Shown: positions 23,509 to 37,500 of the stretch, in pieces
Layout of the letters: every line of letters begins with the position of its first letter
Position numbering within the stretch: position 1 is the first letter of the stretch
Assembly (NCBI GenBank): GCA_964057225.1
Contig: OZ059896.1
Location: 2,976,001 to 3,040,000, forward strand
From: Auanema rhodensis
Lineage: Eukaryota > Animalia > Nematoda
Direction of reading: 5' to 3'
Length of the DNA: 64,000 nt
The notes under the pieces: model-generated
Databases searched by the model: none
The model's input: the letters and a program-made list of their open reading frames with translations, nothing else
Told to the model about the DNA's origin: nothing
Position numbers and translations under genes: made by a program

Positions 23509-26139
23509 GATCTGTACTATCAGATTTGCGCTAGCTTGAAAATGCACCGAGATATGAACTGATATAAGTTCACACTTATATCCTCGATTTTCACCCTGAA
23601 GAATTAATTTTTTCGTTGAATTACATTGTCCTTCGTTTTTGCCTTGAAAAAAGGAATCTAAAAACATCTACTTTTCGCTAAATTATTTTGAAATTTTTCG
23701 AAAAAATTTTTGTCAAAATGTTTTTGGAAGCAATTTTGAGTGTACATGGAAACTCAACATACAATAATGCATCATTTTTCAAACGATCATAACTAATTTT
23801 GGTATTAAGCGTTTCTCAATGTAATATAGTGCATTCAATGCGGATTTTTAAGCTGCGTCGATCTGTGTTATCAGATTTGCGCTAGCTGAAAAATGCACCG
23901 AGATATCAACTGATATAAGTTCACACTTATATTTTCGATGTTCACCCTGAAGAATTAATTTTTTCGTTGAATAACATTGTCCATCGTTTTTGCCTCGAAA
24001 AAAGGAATCTAAAAACATCTACTTTTCGCTAAATTATTTTGAAATTTTCGAAAAAATTTTTGTCAAAATGTTTTTGGAAGCAATGTTGAGTGTACATGGA
24101 AACTCAACATACACTAATGCATCATTTTTCAAACGATCATAACTAATTTTTTATTAAGCGTTTCTCAATGTAGTATAGTGCATTCGATGCGGATTTTTAA
24201 GCTGCGTCGATCTGTACTATCAGATTTGCGCTAGCTTGAAAATGCACCGAGATATGAACTGATATAAGTTCACACTTATATCCTCGATTTTCACCCTGAA
24301 GAATTAATTTTTTCGTTGAATTACATTGTCCTTCGTTTTTGCCTTGAAAAAAGGAATCTAAAAACATCTACTTTTCGCTAAATTATTTTGAAATTTTTCG
24401 AAAAAATTTTTGTCAAAATGTTTTTGGAAGCAATGTTGAGTGTACATGGAAACTCAACATACACTAATGCATCATTTTTCAAACGATCATAACTAAATTT
24501 TGTATTAAGCGTTTCTCAATGTAGTATAGTGCATTCGATGCGGATTTTGAAGCTGCGTCGATCTGTACTATCAGATTTGCGCTAGCTTGAAAATGCACCG
24601 AGATATCAACTGATATAAGTTCACACTTATATCCTCGATTTTCACCCTGAAGAATTAATTTTTTCGTTGAATAACATTGTCCATCGTTTTTGCTTTGAAA
24701 AAAGGAATCTAAAAACATCTACTTTTTGCTAAATTATTTTGAAATTTTTCGAAAAAATTTTTGTCAAAATGTTTTTGGAAGCAATTTTGAGTGTACATGG
24801 AAACTCAACATACACTAATGCATCATTTTTCAAACGATAATAACTAATTTTTTTATTAAGTTTTTCTCATTGTAGTATAATGCAATCGATGCGGAATTTT
24901 AAGCTGCGTCGATCTGTGTTATCAGATTTCCGCTAGCTTGAAAATGCACCGAGATATCAACTGATATAAGTTCACACTTATATCCTCGATTTTCACCCTG
25001 AAGAATTAATTTTTTCGTTGAATTACATTGTCCTTCGTTTTTGCCTTGAAAATAGGAATCTAAAAACATCTACTTTTCGCTAAATTATTTTGAAATTTTT
25101 CGAAAAAATTTTTGTCAAAATGTTTTTGGAAGCAATTTTGAGTGTACATGGAAACTCAACATACACTAATGCATCATTTTTCAAACGATCATAACTAATT
25201 TTTTTATTAAGCTTTTCTCATTGTAGTATAATGCAATCGATGCGGAATTTTAAGCTGCGTCGATCTGTGTTATCAGATTTCCGCTAGCTTGAAAATGCAC
25301 CGAGATATCAACTGATATAAGTTCACACTTATATCCTCGATTTTCACCCTGAAGAATTAATTTTTTCGTTGAATAACATTGTCCATCGTTTTTGCCTCAA
25401 AAAAAGGAATCTGAAAACATCTACTTTTCGCTAAATTATTTTGAAATTTTTCGAAAAAATTTTTGTCAAAATGTTTTTGGAAGCAATTTTGAGTGTACAT
25501 GAAAACTCAACATACACTAATGCATCATTTTTCAAACGATCATAACTAATTTTTGTATTAAGCGTTTCTCAATGTAGTATAGTGCATTCGATGCGGATTT
25601 TTAAGCTGCGTCGATCTGTACTATCAGATTTGCGCTAGCTTGAAAATGCACCGAGATATGAACTGATATAAGTTCACACTTATATCCTCGATTTTCACCC
25701 TGAAGAATTAATTTTTTCGTTGAATAACATTGTCCATCGTTTTTGCCTTAAAAAAAGGAATCTGAAAACATCTACTTTTCGCTAAATTATTTTGAAATTT
25801 TTCGAAAAAATTTTTGTCAAAGTGTTTTTGGAAGCAATTTTGAGTGTACATGAAAACTCAACATACACTAATGCATCATTTTTCAAACGATCATAACTAA
25901 TTTTTGTATTAAGCGTTTCTCAATGTAGTATAGTGCATTCGATGCGGATTTTTAAGCTGCGTCGATCTGTACTATCAGATTTGCGCTAGCTTGAAAATGC
26001 ACCGAGATATGAACTGATATAAGTTCACACTTATATCCTCGATTTTCACCCTGAAGAATTAATTTTTTCGTTGAATTACATTGTCCTTCGTTTTTGCCTT
26101 GAAAAAAGGAATCTAAAAACATCTACTTTTCGCTAAATT

Positions 26140-29100
26140 ATTTTGAAATTTTCGAAAAAATTTTTGTCAAAATGTTTTTGGAAGCAATGTTGAGTGTACA
26201 TGGAAACTCAACATACACTAATGCATCATTTTTCAAACGATCATAACTAATTTTTGTACTAAGCGTTTCTCAATGTAGTATAGTGCATTCGATGCGGATT
26301 TTTAAGCTGCGTCGATCTGTACTATCTGATTTGCGCTAGCTTGAAAATGCACCGAGATATGAACTGATATAAGTTCACACTTATATCCTCGATTTTCACC
26401 CTGAAGAATTAATTTTTTCGTTGAATTACATTGTCCTTCGTTTTTGCCTTGAAAAAAGGAATCTAAAAACATCTACTTTTCGCTAAATTATTTTGAAATT
26501 TTTCGAAAAAATTTTTGTCAAAATGTTTTTGGAAGCAATGTTGAGTGTACATGGAAACTCAACATACACTAATGCATCATTTTTCAAACGATCATAACTA
26601 ATTTTTGTATTAAGCGTTTCTCAATGTAGTATAGTGCATTCGATGCGGATTTTTAAGCTGCGTCGATCTGTGTTATCAAATTTCCGCTAGCTTAAAAATG
26701 CACCGAGATATCAACTGATATAAGTTCACACTTATATCCTCGATTTTCACCCTGAAGAATTAATTTTTTCGTTGAATAACATTGTCCATCGTTTTTGCCT
26801 CGAAAAAAGGAATCTAAAAACAACTACTTTTCGCTAAATTATTTTGAAATTTTTCGAAAAAATTTTTGTCAAAATGTTTTTGGAAGCAATTTGGAGTGTA
26901 CATGGAAACTCAACATACACTAATGCATCATTTTTCAAACGATCATAACTAATTTTTGTATTAAGCGTTTCTCAATGTAGTATAGTGCATTCGATGCGGA
27001 TTTTTAAGCTGCGTCGATCTGTACTATCAGATTTGCGCTAGCTTGAAAATGCACCGAGATATCAACTGATATAAGTTCACACTTATATCCTCGATTTTCA
27101 CCCTGAAGAATTAATTTTTTCGTTGAATTACATTGTCCTTCGTTTTTGCCTTGAAAAAAGGAATCTAAAAACATCTACTTTTCGCTAAATTATTTTGAAA
27201 TTTTTCGAAAAAATTTTTGTCAAAATGTTTTTGGAAGCAATGTTGAGTGTACATGGAAACTCAACATACACTAATGCATCATTTTTCAAACGATCATAAC
27301 TAATTTTTGTATTAAGCGTTTCTCAATGTAGTATAGTGCATTCGATGCGGATTTTTAAGCTGCGTCGATGTGTACTATCAGATTTGCGCTGGCTTGAAAA
27401 TGCACCGAGATATCAACTGATATAAGTTCACACCTATATCCTCGATTTTCACCCTGAAGAATTAATTTTTTCGTTGAATAACATTGTCCATCGTTTTTGC
27501 CTCGAAAAAAGGAATCTAAAAACATCTACTTTTCGCTAAATTATTTTGAAATTTTCGAAAAAATTTTTGTCAAAATGTTTTTGGAAGCAATGTTGAGTGT
27601 ACATGGAAACTCAACATACACTAATGCATCATTTTTCAAACGATCATAACTAATTTTTGTACTAAGCGTTTCTCAATGTAGTATAGTGCATTCGATGCGG
27701 ATTTTTAAGCTGCGTCGATCTGTACTATCTGATTTGCGCTAGCTTGAAAATGCACCGAGATATGAACTGATATAAGTTCACACTTATATCCTCGATTTTC
27801 ACCCTGAAGAATTAATTTTTTCGTTGAATTACATTGTCCTTCGTTTTTGCCTTGAAAAAAGGAATCTAAAAACATCTACTTTTCGCTAAATTATTTTGAA
27901 ATTTTTCGAAAAAATTTTTGTCAAAATGTTTTTGGAAGCAATGTTGAGTGTACATGGAAACTCAACATACACTAATGCATCATTTTTCAAACGATCATAA
28001 CTAATTTTTGTATTAAGCGTTTCTCAATGTAGTATAGTGCATTCGATGCGGATTTTTAAGCTGCGTCGATCTGTGTTATCAAATTTCCGCTAGCTTAAAA
28101 ATGCACCGAGATATCAACTGATATAAGTTCACACTTATATCCTCGATTTTCACCCTGAAGAATTAATTTTTTCGTTGAATAACATTGTCCATCGTTTTTG
28201 CCTCGAAAAAAGGAATCTAAAAACAACTACTTTTCGCTAAATTATTTTGAAATTTTTCGAAAAAATTTTTGTCAAAATGTTTTTGGAAGCAATTTGGAGT
28301 GTACATGGAAACTCAACATACACTAATGCATCATTTTTCAAACGATCATAACTAATTTTTGTATTAAGCGTTTCTCAATGTAGTATAGTGCATTCGATGC
28401 GGATTTTTAAGCTGCGTCGATCTGTACTATCAGATTTGCGCTAGCTTGAAAATGCACCGAGATATCAACTGATATAAGTTCACACTTATATCCTCGATTT
28501 TCACCCTGAAGAATTAATTTTTTCGTTGAATAACATTGTCCATCGTTTTTGCCTCAAAAAAAGGAATCTAAAAACAACTACTTTTCGCTAAATTATTTTG
28601 AAATTTTTCGAAAAAATTTTTGTCAAAATGTTTTTGGAAGCAATTTGGAGTGTACATGGAAACTCAACATACACTAATGCATCATTTTTCAAACGATCAT
28701 AACTAATTTTTGTATTAAGCGTTTCTCAATGTAGTATAGTGCATTCGATGCGGATTTTTAAGCTGCGTCGATGTGTACTATCAGATTTGCGCTGGCTTGA
28801 AAATGCACCGAGATATCAACTGATATAAGTTCACACCTATATCCTCGATTTTCACCCTGAAGAATTAATTTTTTCGTTGAATAACATTGTCCATCGTTTT
28901 TGCCTTGAAAAAAGGAATCTAAAAACATCTACTTTTTGCTAAATTATTTTGAAATTTTTCGAAAAAATTTTTGTCAAAATGTTTTTGGAAGCAATTTTGA
29001 GTGTACATGGAAACTCAACATACACTAATGCATCATTTTTCAAACGATCATAACTTATTTTTGTATTAAGCGTTTCTCAATGTAGTATAGTGCATTCGAT

Positions 29101-31500
29101 GCGGATTTTTAAGCTGCGTCGATCTGTACTATCAGATTTGCGCTAGCTTAAAAATGCACCGAGATATCAACTGATATAAGTTCACACCTATATCCTCGAT
29201 TTTCACCCTGAAGAATTAATTTTTTCGTTGAATAACATTGTCCATCGTTTTTGCCTTGAAAAAAGGAATCTAAAAACATCTACTTTTCGCTAAATTATTT
29301 TGAAATTTTTTGAAAAAATTTTTGTCAAAATGTTTTTGGAAGCAATTTTGAGTGTACATGGAAACTCAACATACACTAATGCATCATTTTTCAAACGATC
29401 ATAACTAATTTTTGTATTGAGCGTTTCTCTATGTAGTATAGTGCATTCGATGCGGATTTTTAAGCTGCGTCGATCTGTGTTATCAGATTTGCGCTAGCTG
29501 AAAAATGCACCGAGATATCAACTGATATAAGTTCACACTTATATTTTCGATGTTCACCCTGAAGAATTAATTTTTTCGTTGAATAACATTGTCCATCGTT
29601 TTTGCCTCGAAAAAAGGAATCTAAAAACAACTACTTTTCGCTAAATTATTTTGAAATTTTCGAAAAAATTTTTGTCAAAATGTTTTTGGAAGCAATGTTG
29701 AGTGTACATGGAAACTCAACATACACTAATGCATCATTTTTCAAACGATCATAACTAATTTTTGTACTAAGCGTTTCTCAATGTAGTATAGTGCATTCGA
29801 TGCGGATTTTTAAGCTGCGTCGATCTGTACTATCTGATTTGCGCTAGCTTGAAAATGCACCGAGATATGAACTGATATAAGTTCACACTTATATCCTCGA
29901 TTTTCACCCTGAAGAATTAATTTTTTCGTTGAATTACATTGTCCTTCGTTTTTGCCTTGAAAAAAGGAATCTAAAAACATCTACTTTTCGCTAAATTATT
30001 TTGAAATTTTTCGAAAAAATTTTTGTCAAAATGTTTTTGGAAGCAATGTTGAGTGTACATGGAAACTCAACATACACTAATGCATCATTTTTCAAACGAT
30101 CATAACTAATTTTTGTATTAAGCGTTTCTCAATGTAGTATAGTGCATTCGATGCGGATTTTTAAGCTGCGTCGATCTGTGTTATCAAATTTCCGCTAGCT
30201 TAAAAATGCACCGAGATATCAACTGATATAAGTTCACACTTATATCCTCGATTTTCACCCTGAAGAATTAATTTTTTCGTTGAATAACATTGTCCATCGT
30301 TTTTGCCTCGAAAAAAGGAATCTAAAAACAACTACTTTTCGCTAAATTATTTTGAAATTTTTCGAAAAAATTTTTGTCAAAATGTTTTTGGAAGCAATTT
30401 GGAGTGTACATGGAAACTCAACATACACTAATGCATCATTTTTCAAACGATCATAACTAATTTTTGTATTAAGCGTTTCTCAATGTAGTATAGTGCATTC
30501 GATGCGGATTTTTAAGCTGCGTCGATCTGTACTATCAGATTTGCGCTAGCTTGAAAATGCACCGAGATATCAACTGATATAAGTTCACACTTATATCCTC
30601 GATTTTCACCCTGAAGAATTAATTTTTTCGTTGAATAACATTGTCCATCGTTTTTGCCTCAAAAAAAGGAATCTAAAAACAACTACTTTTCGCTAAATTA
30701 TTTTGAAATTTTTCGAAAAAATTTTTGTCAAAATGTTTTTGGAAGCAATTTGGAGTGTACATGGAAACTCAACATACACTAATGCATCATTTTTCAAACG
30801 ATCATAACTAATTTTTGTATTAAGCGTTTCTCAATGTAGTATAGTGCATTCGATGCGGATTTTTAAGCTGCGTCGATGTGTACTATCAGATTTGCGCTGG
30901 CTTGAAAATGCACCGAGATATCAACTGATATAAGTTCACACCTATATCCTCGATTTTCACCCTGAAGAATTAATTTTTTCGTTGAATAACATTGTCCATC
31001 GTTTTTGCCTTGAAAAAAGGAATCTAAAAACATCTACTTTTTGCTAAATTATTTTGAAATTTTTCGAAAAAATTTTTGTCAAAATGTTTTTGGAAGCAAT
31101 TTTGAGTGTACATGGAAACTCAACATACACTAATGCATCATTTTTCAAACGATCATAACTTATTTTTGTATTAAGCGTTTCTCAATGTAGTATAGTGCAT
31201 TCGATGCGGATTTTTAAGCTGCGTCGATCTGTACTATCAGATTTGCGCTAGCTTAAAAATGCACCGAGATATCAACTGATATAAGTTCACACCTATATCC
31301 TCGATTTTCACCCTGAAGAATTAATTTTTTCGTTGAATAACATTGTCCATCGTTTTTGCCTTGAAAAAAGGAATCTAAAAACATCTACTTTTCGCTAAAT
31401 TATTTTGAAATTTTTTGAAAAAATTTTTGTCAAAATGTTTTTGGAAGCAATTTTGAGTGTACATGGAAACTCAACATACACTAATGCATCATTTTTCAAA
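26140..31500 (+). repeat. Nested 4-mer and 6-mer duplications
   Basis: GTACTAAGC (linked to TATCTGAT) occurs at 26256, 27659 (+1403 = 4x351-1) and 29764 (+2105 = 6x351-1). GATGTGTAC occurs at 28770 and 30875 (+2105). Confidence 0.85.
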
Positions 31501-34500
31501 CGATCATAACTAATTTTTGTATTAAGCGTTTCTCAATGTAGTATAGTGCATTCGATGCGGATTTTTAAGCTGCGTCGATCTGTGTTATCAAATTTCCGCT
31601 AGCTTAAAAATGCACCGAGATATCAACTGATATAAGTTCACACTTATATCCTCGATTTTCACCCTGAAGAATTAATTTTTTCGTTGAATAACATTGTCCA
31701 TCGTTTTTGCCTCGAAAAAAGGAATCTAAAAACAACTACTTTTCGCTAAATTATTTTGAAATTTTTCGAAAAAATTTTTGTCAAAATGTTTTTGGAAGCA
31801 ATTTTGAGTGTACATGAAAACTCAACATACACTAATGCATCATTTTTCAAACGATCATAACTAATTTTTGTATTAAGCGTTTCTCAATGTAGTATAGTGC
31901 ATTCGATGCGGATTTTTAAGCTGCGTCGATGTGTACTATCAGATTTGCGCTGGCTTGAAAATGCACCGAGATATCAACTGATATAAGTTCACACCTATAT
32001 CCTCGATTTTCACCCTGAAGAATTAATTTTTTCGTTGAATAACATTGTCCATCGTTTTTGCCTTGAAAAAAGGAATCTAAAAACATCTACTTTTCGCTAA
32101 ATTATTTTGAAATTTTTCGAAAAAATTTTTGTCAAAATGTTTTTGGAAGCAATTTTGAGTGTACATGGAAACTCAACATACACTAATGCATCATTTTTCA
32201 AACGATCATAACTTATTTTTGTATTAAGCGTTTCTCAATGTAGTATAGTGCATTCGATGCGGATTTTTAAGCTGCGTCGATCTGTGTTATCAAATTTCCG
32301 CTAGCTTAAAAATGCACCGAGATATCAACTGATATAAGTTCACACTTATATCCTCGATTTTCACCCTGAAGAATTAATTTTTTCGTTGAATAACATTGTC
32401 CATCGTTTTTGCCTCGAAAAAAGGAATCTAAAAACAACTACTTTTCGCTAAATTATTTTGAAATTTTTCGAAAAAATTTTTGTCAAAATGTTTTTGGAAG
32501 CAATTTGGAGTGTACATGGAAACTCAACATACACTAATGCATCATTTTTCAAACGATCATAACTAATTTTTGTATTAAGCGTTTCTCAATGTAGTATAGT
32601 GCATTCGATGCGGATTTTTAAGCTGCGTCGATCTGTGTTATCAAATTTCCGCTAGCTTAAAAATGCACCGAGATATCAACTGATATAAGTTCACACTTAT
32701 ATCCTCGATTTTCACCCTGAAGAATTAATTTTTTCGTTGAATAACATTGTCCATCGTTTTTGCCTCGAAAAAAGGAATCTAAAAACAACTACTTTTCGCT
32801 AAATTATTTTGAAATTTTTCGAAAAAATTTTTGTCAAAATGTTTTTGGAAGCAATTTGGAGTGTACATGGAAACTCAACATACACTAATGCATCATTTTT
32901 CAAACGATCATAACTAATTTTTGTATTAAGCGTTTCTCAATGTAGTATAGTGCATTCGATGCGGATTTTTAAGCTGCGTCGATCTGTACTATCAGATTTG
33001 CGCTAGCTTGAAAATGCACCGAGATATCAACTGATATAAGTTCACACTTATATCCTCGATTTTCACCCTGAAGAATTAATTTTTTCGTTGAATAACATTG
33101 TCCATCGTTTTTGCCTCGAAAAAAGGAATCTAAAAACAACTACTTTTCGCTAAATTATTTTGAAATTTTTCGAAAAAATTTTTGTCAAAATGTTTTTGGA
33201 AGCAATTTGGAGTGTACATGGAAACTCAACATACACTAATGCATCATTTTTCAAACGATCATAACTAATTTTTGTATTAAGCGTTTCTCAATGTAGTATA
33301 GTGCATTCGATGCGGATTTTTAAGCTGCGTCGATGTGTACTATCAGATTTGCGCTGGCTTGAAAATGCACCGAGATATCAACTGATATAAGTTCACACCT
33401 ATATCCTCGATTTTCACCCTGAAGAATTAATTTTTTCGTTGAATAACATTGTCCATCGTTTTTGCCTTGAAAAAAGGAATCTAAAAACATCTACTTTTTG
33501 CTAAATTATTTTGAAATTTTTCGAAAAAATTTTTGTCAAAATGTTTTTGGAAGCAATTTTGAGTGTACATGGAAACTCAACATACACTAATGCATCATTT
33601 TTCAAACGATCATAACTTATTTTTGTATTAAGCGTTTCTCAATGTAGTATAGTGCATTCGATGCGGATTTTTAAGCTGCGTCGATCTGTACTATCAGATT
33701 TGCGCTAGCTTAAAAATGCACCGAGATATCAACTGATATAAGTTCACACCTATATCCTCGATTTTCACCCTGAAGAATTAATTTTTTCGTTGAATAACAT
33801 TGTCCATCGTTTTTGCCTTGAAAAAAGGAATCTAAAAACATCTACTTTTCGCTAAATTATTTTGAAATTTTTTGAAAAAATTTTTGTCAAAATGTTTTTG
33901 GAAGCAATTTTGAGTGTACATGGAAACTCAACATACACTAATGCATCATTTTTCAAACGATCATAACTAATTTTTGTATTAAGCGTTTCTCAATGTAGTA
34001 TAGTGCATTCGATGCGGATTTTTAAGCTGCGTCGATCTGTGTTATCAAATTTCCGCTAGCTTAAAAATGCACCGAGATATCAACTGATATAAGTTCACAC
34101 CTATATCCTCGATTTTCACCCTGAAGAATTAATTTTTTCGTTGAATAACATTGTCCATCGTTTTTGCCTTGAAAAAAGGAATCTAAAAACATCTACTTTT
34201 CGCTAAATTATTTTGAAATTTTTCGAAAAAATTTTTGTCAAAATGTTTTTGGAAGCAATTTTGAGTGTACATGGAAACTCAACATACACTAATGCATCAT
34301 TTTTCAAACGATCATAACTTATTTTTGTATTAAGCGTTTCTCAATGTAGTATAGTGCATTCGATGCGGATTTTTAAGCTGCGTCGATCTGTACTATCAGA
34401 TTTGCGCTAGCTTAAAAATGCACCGAGATATCAACTGATATAAGTTCACACCTATATCCTCGATTTTCACCCTGAAGAATTAATTTTTTCGTTGAATAAC

Positions 34501-37500
34501 ATTGTCCATCGTTTTTGCCTTGAAAAAAGGAATCTAAAAACATCTACTTTTCGCTAAATTATTTTGAAATTTTTTGAAAAAATTTTTGTCAAAATGTTTT
34601 TGGAAGCAATTTTGAGTGTACATGGAAACTCAACATACACTAATGCATCATTTTTCAAACGATCATAACTAATTTTTGTATTAAGCGTTTCTCAATGTAG
34701 TATAGTGCATTCGATGCGGATTTTTAAGCTGCGTCGATCTGTGTTATCAAATTTCCGCTAGCTTAAAAATGCACCGAGATATCAACTGATATAAGTTCAC
34801 ACTTATATCCTCGATTTTCACCCTGAAGAATTAATTTTTTCGTTGAATAACATTGTCCATCGTTTTTGCCTCGAAAAAAGGAATCTAAAAACAACTACTT
34901 TTCGCTAAATTATTTTGAAATTTTTCGAAAAAATTTTTGTCAAAATGTTTTTGGAAGCAATTTGGAGTGTACATGGAAACTCAACATACACTAATGCATC
35001 ATTTTTCAAACGATCATAACTAATTTTTGTATTAAGCGTTTCTCAATGTAGTATAGTGCATTCGATGCGGATTTTTAAGCTGCGTCGATCTGTGTTATCA
35101 AATTTCCGCTAGCTTAAAAATGCACCGAGATATCAACTGATATAAGTTCACACTTATATCCTCGATTTTCACCCTGAAGAATTAATTTTTTCGTTGAATA
35201 ACATTGTCCATCGTTTTTGCCTCGAAAAAAGGAATCTAAAAACAACTACTTTTCGCTAAATTATTTTGAAATTTTTCGAAAAAATTTTTGTCAAAATGTT
35301 TTTGGAAGCAATTTGGAGTGTACATGGAAACTCAACATACACTAATGCATCATTTTTCAAACGATCATAACTAATTTTTGTATTAAGCGTTTCTCAATGT
35401 AGTATAGTGCATTCGATGCGGATTTTTAAGCTGCGTCGATGTGTACTATCAGATTTGCGCTGGCTTGAAAATGCACCGAGATATCAACTGATATAAGTTC
35501 ACACCTATATCCTCGATTTTCACCCTGAAGAATTAATTTTTTCGTTGAATAACATTGTCCATCGTTTTTGCCTTGAAAAAAGGAATCTAAAAACATCTAC
35601 TTTTTGCTAAATTATTTTGAAATTTTTCGAAAAAATTTTTGTCAAAATGTTTTTGGAAGCAATTTTGAGTGTACATGGAAACTCAACATACACTAATGCA
35701 TCATTTTTCAAACGATCATAACTTATTTTTGTATTAAGCGTTTCTCAATGTAGTATAGTGCATTCGATGCGGATTTTTAAGCTGCGTCGATCTGTACTAT
35801 CAGATTTGCGCTAGCTTAAAAATGCACCGAGATATCAACTGATATAAGTTCACACCTATATCCTCGATTTTCACCCTGAAGAAATAATTTTTTCGTTGAA
35901 TAACATTGTCCATCGTTTTTGCCTTGAAAAAAGGAATCTAAAAACATCTACTTTTTGCTAAATTATTTTGAAATTTTTCGAAAAAATTTTTGTCAAAATG
36001 TTTTTGGAAGCAATTTTGAGTGTACATGGAAACTCAACATACACTAATGCATCATTTTGCAAACGATCATAACTTATTTTTGTATTAAGCGTTTCTCAAT
36101 GTAGTATAGTGCATTCGATGCGGATTTTTAAGCTGCGTCGATCTGTACTATCAGATTTGCGCTAGCTCGAAAGTGCACCGAGATATCAACTGATATAAGT
36201 TCACACTTATATCCTCGATTTTCACCCTGAAGAATTAATTTTTTCGTTGAATAACATTGTCCATCGTTTTTGCCTCGAAAAAAGGAATCTAAAAACATCT
36301 ACTTTTTGCTAAATTATTTTGAAATTTTTCGAAAAAATTTTTGTCAAAATGTTTTTGGAAGCAATTTTGAGTGTACATGGAAACTCAACATACACTAATG
36401 CATCATTTTTCAAAAGATCATAACTAATTTTTGTATTAAGCGTTTCTCAATGTAGTATAGTGCATTCGATGCGGATTATTAAGCTGCGTCGATCTGTACT
36501 ATCAGATTTGCGCTAGCTTAAAAATGCACCGAGATATCAACTGATATAAGTTCACACCTATATCCTCGATTTTCACCCTGAAGAATTAATTTTTTCGTTG
36601 AATAACATTGTCCATCGTTTTTGCCTTGAAAAAAGGAATCTAAAAACATCTACTTTTCGCTAAATTATTTTGAAATTTTTTGAAAAAATTTTTGTCAAAA
36701 TGTTTTTGGAAGCAATTTGGAGTGTACATGGAAACTCAACATACACTAATGCATCATTTTTCAAACGATCATAACTAATTTTTGTATTAAGCGTTTCTCA
36801 ATGTAGTATAGTGCATTCGATGCGGATTTTTAAGCTGCGTCGATGTGTACTATCAGATTTGCGCTGGCTTGAAAATGCACCGAGATATCAACTGATATAA
36901 GTTCACACCTATATCCTCGATTTTCACCCTGAAGAATTAGTTTTTTCGTTGAATAACATTGTCCATCGTTTTTGCCTTGAAAAAAGGAATCTAAAAACAT
37001 CTACTTTTTGCTAAATTATTTTGAAATTTTTCGAAAAAATTTTTGTCAAAATGTTTTTGGAAGCAATTTTGAGTGTACATGGAAACTCAACATACACTAA
37101 TGCATCATTTTCCAAACGATCATAACTTATTTTTGTATTAAGCGTTTCTCAATGTAGTATAGTGCATTCGATGCGGATTTTTAAGCTGCGTCGATGTGTA
37201 CTATCAGATTTGCGCTGGCTTGAAAATGCACCGAGATATCAACTGATATAAGTTCACACCTATATCCTCGATTTTCACCCTGAAGAATTAATTTTTTCGT
37301 TGAATAACATTGTCCATCGTTTTTGCCTTGAAAAAAGGAATCTAAAAACATCTACTTTTTGCTAAATTATTTTGAAATTTTTCGAAAAAATTTTTGTCAA
37401 AATGTTTTTGGAAGCAATTTTGAGTGTACATGGAAACTCAACATACACTAATGCATCATTTTTCAAACGATCATAACTTATTTTTGTATTAAGCGTTTCT

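Noticed and set aside
24479-24718. 79-aa minus-strand ORF
   Set aside because: Chance read-through created by a private TTTTAAG>TTTGAAG substitution near 24549 plus local variants. No recognisable domain.
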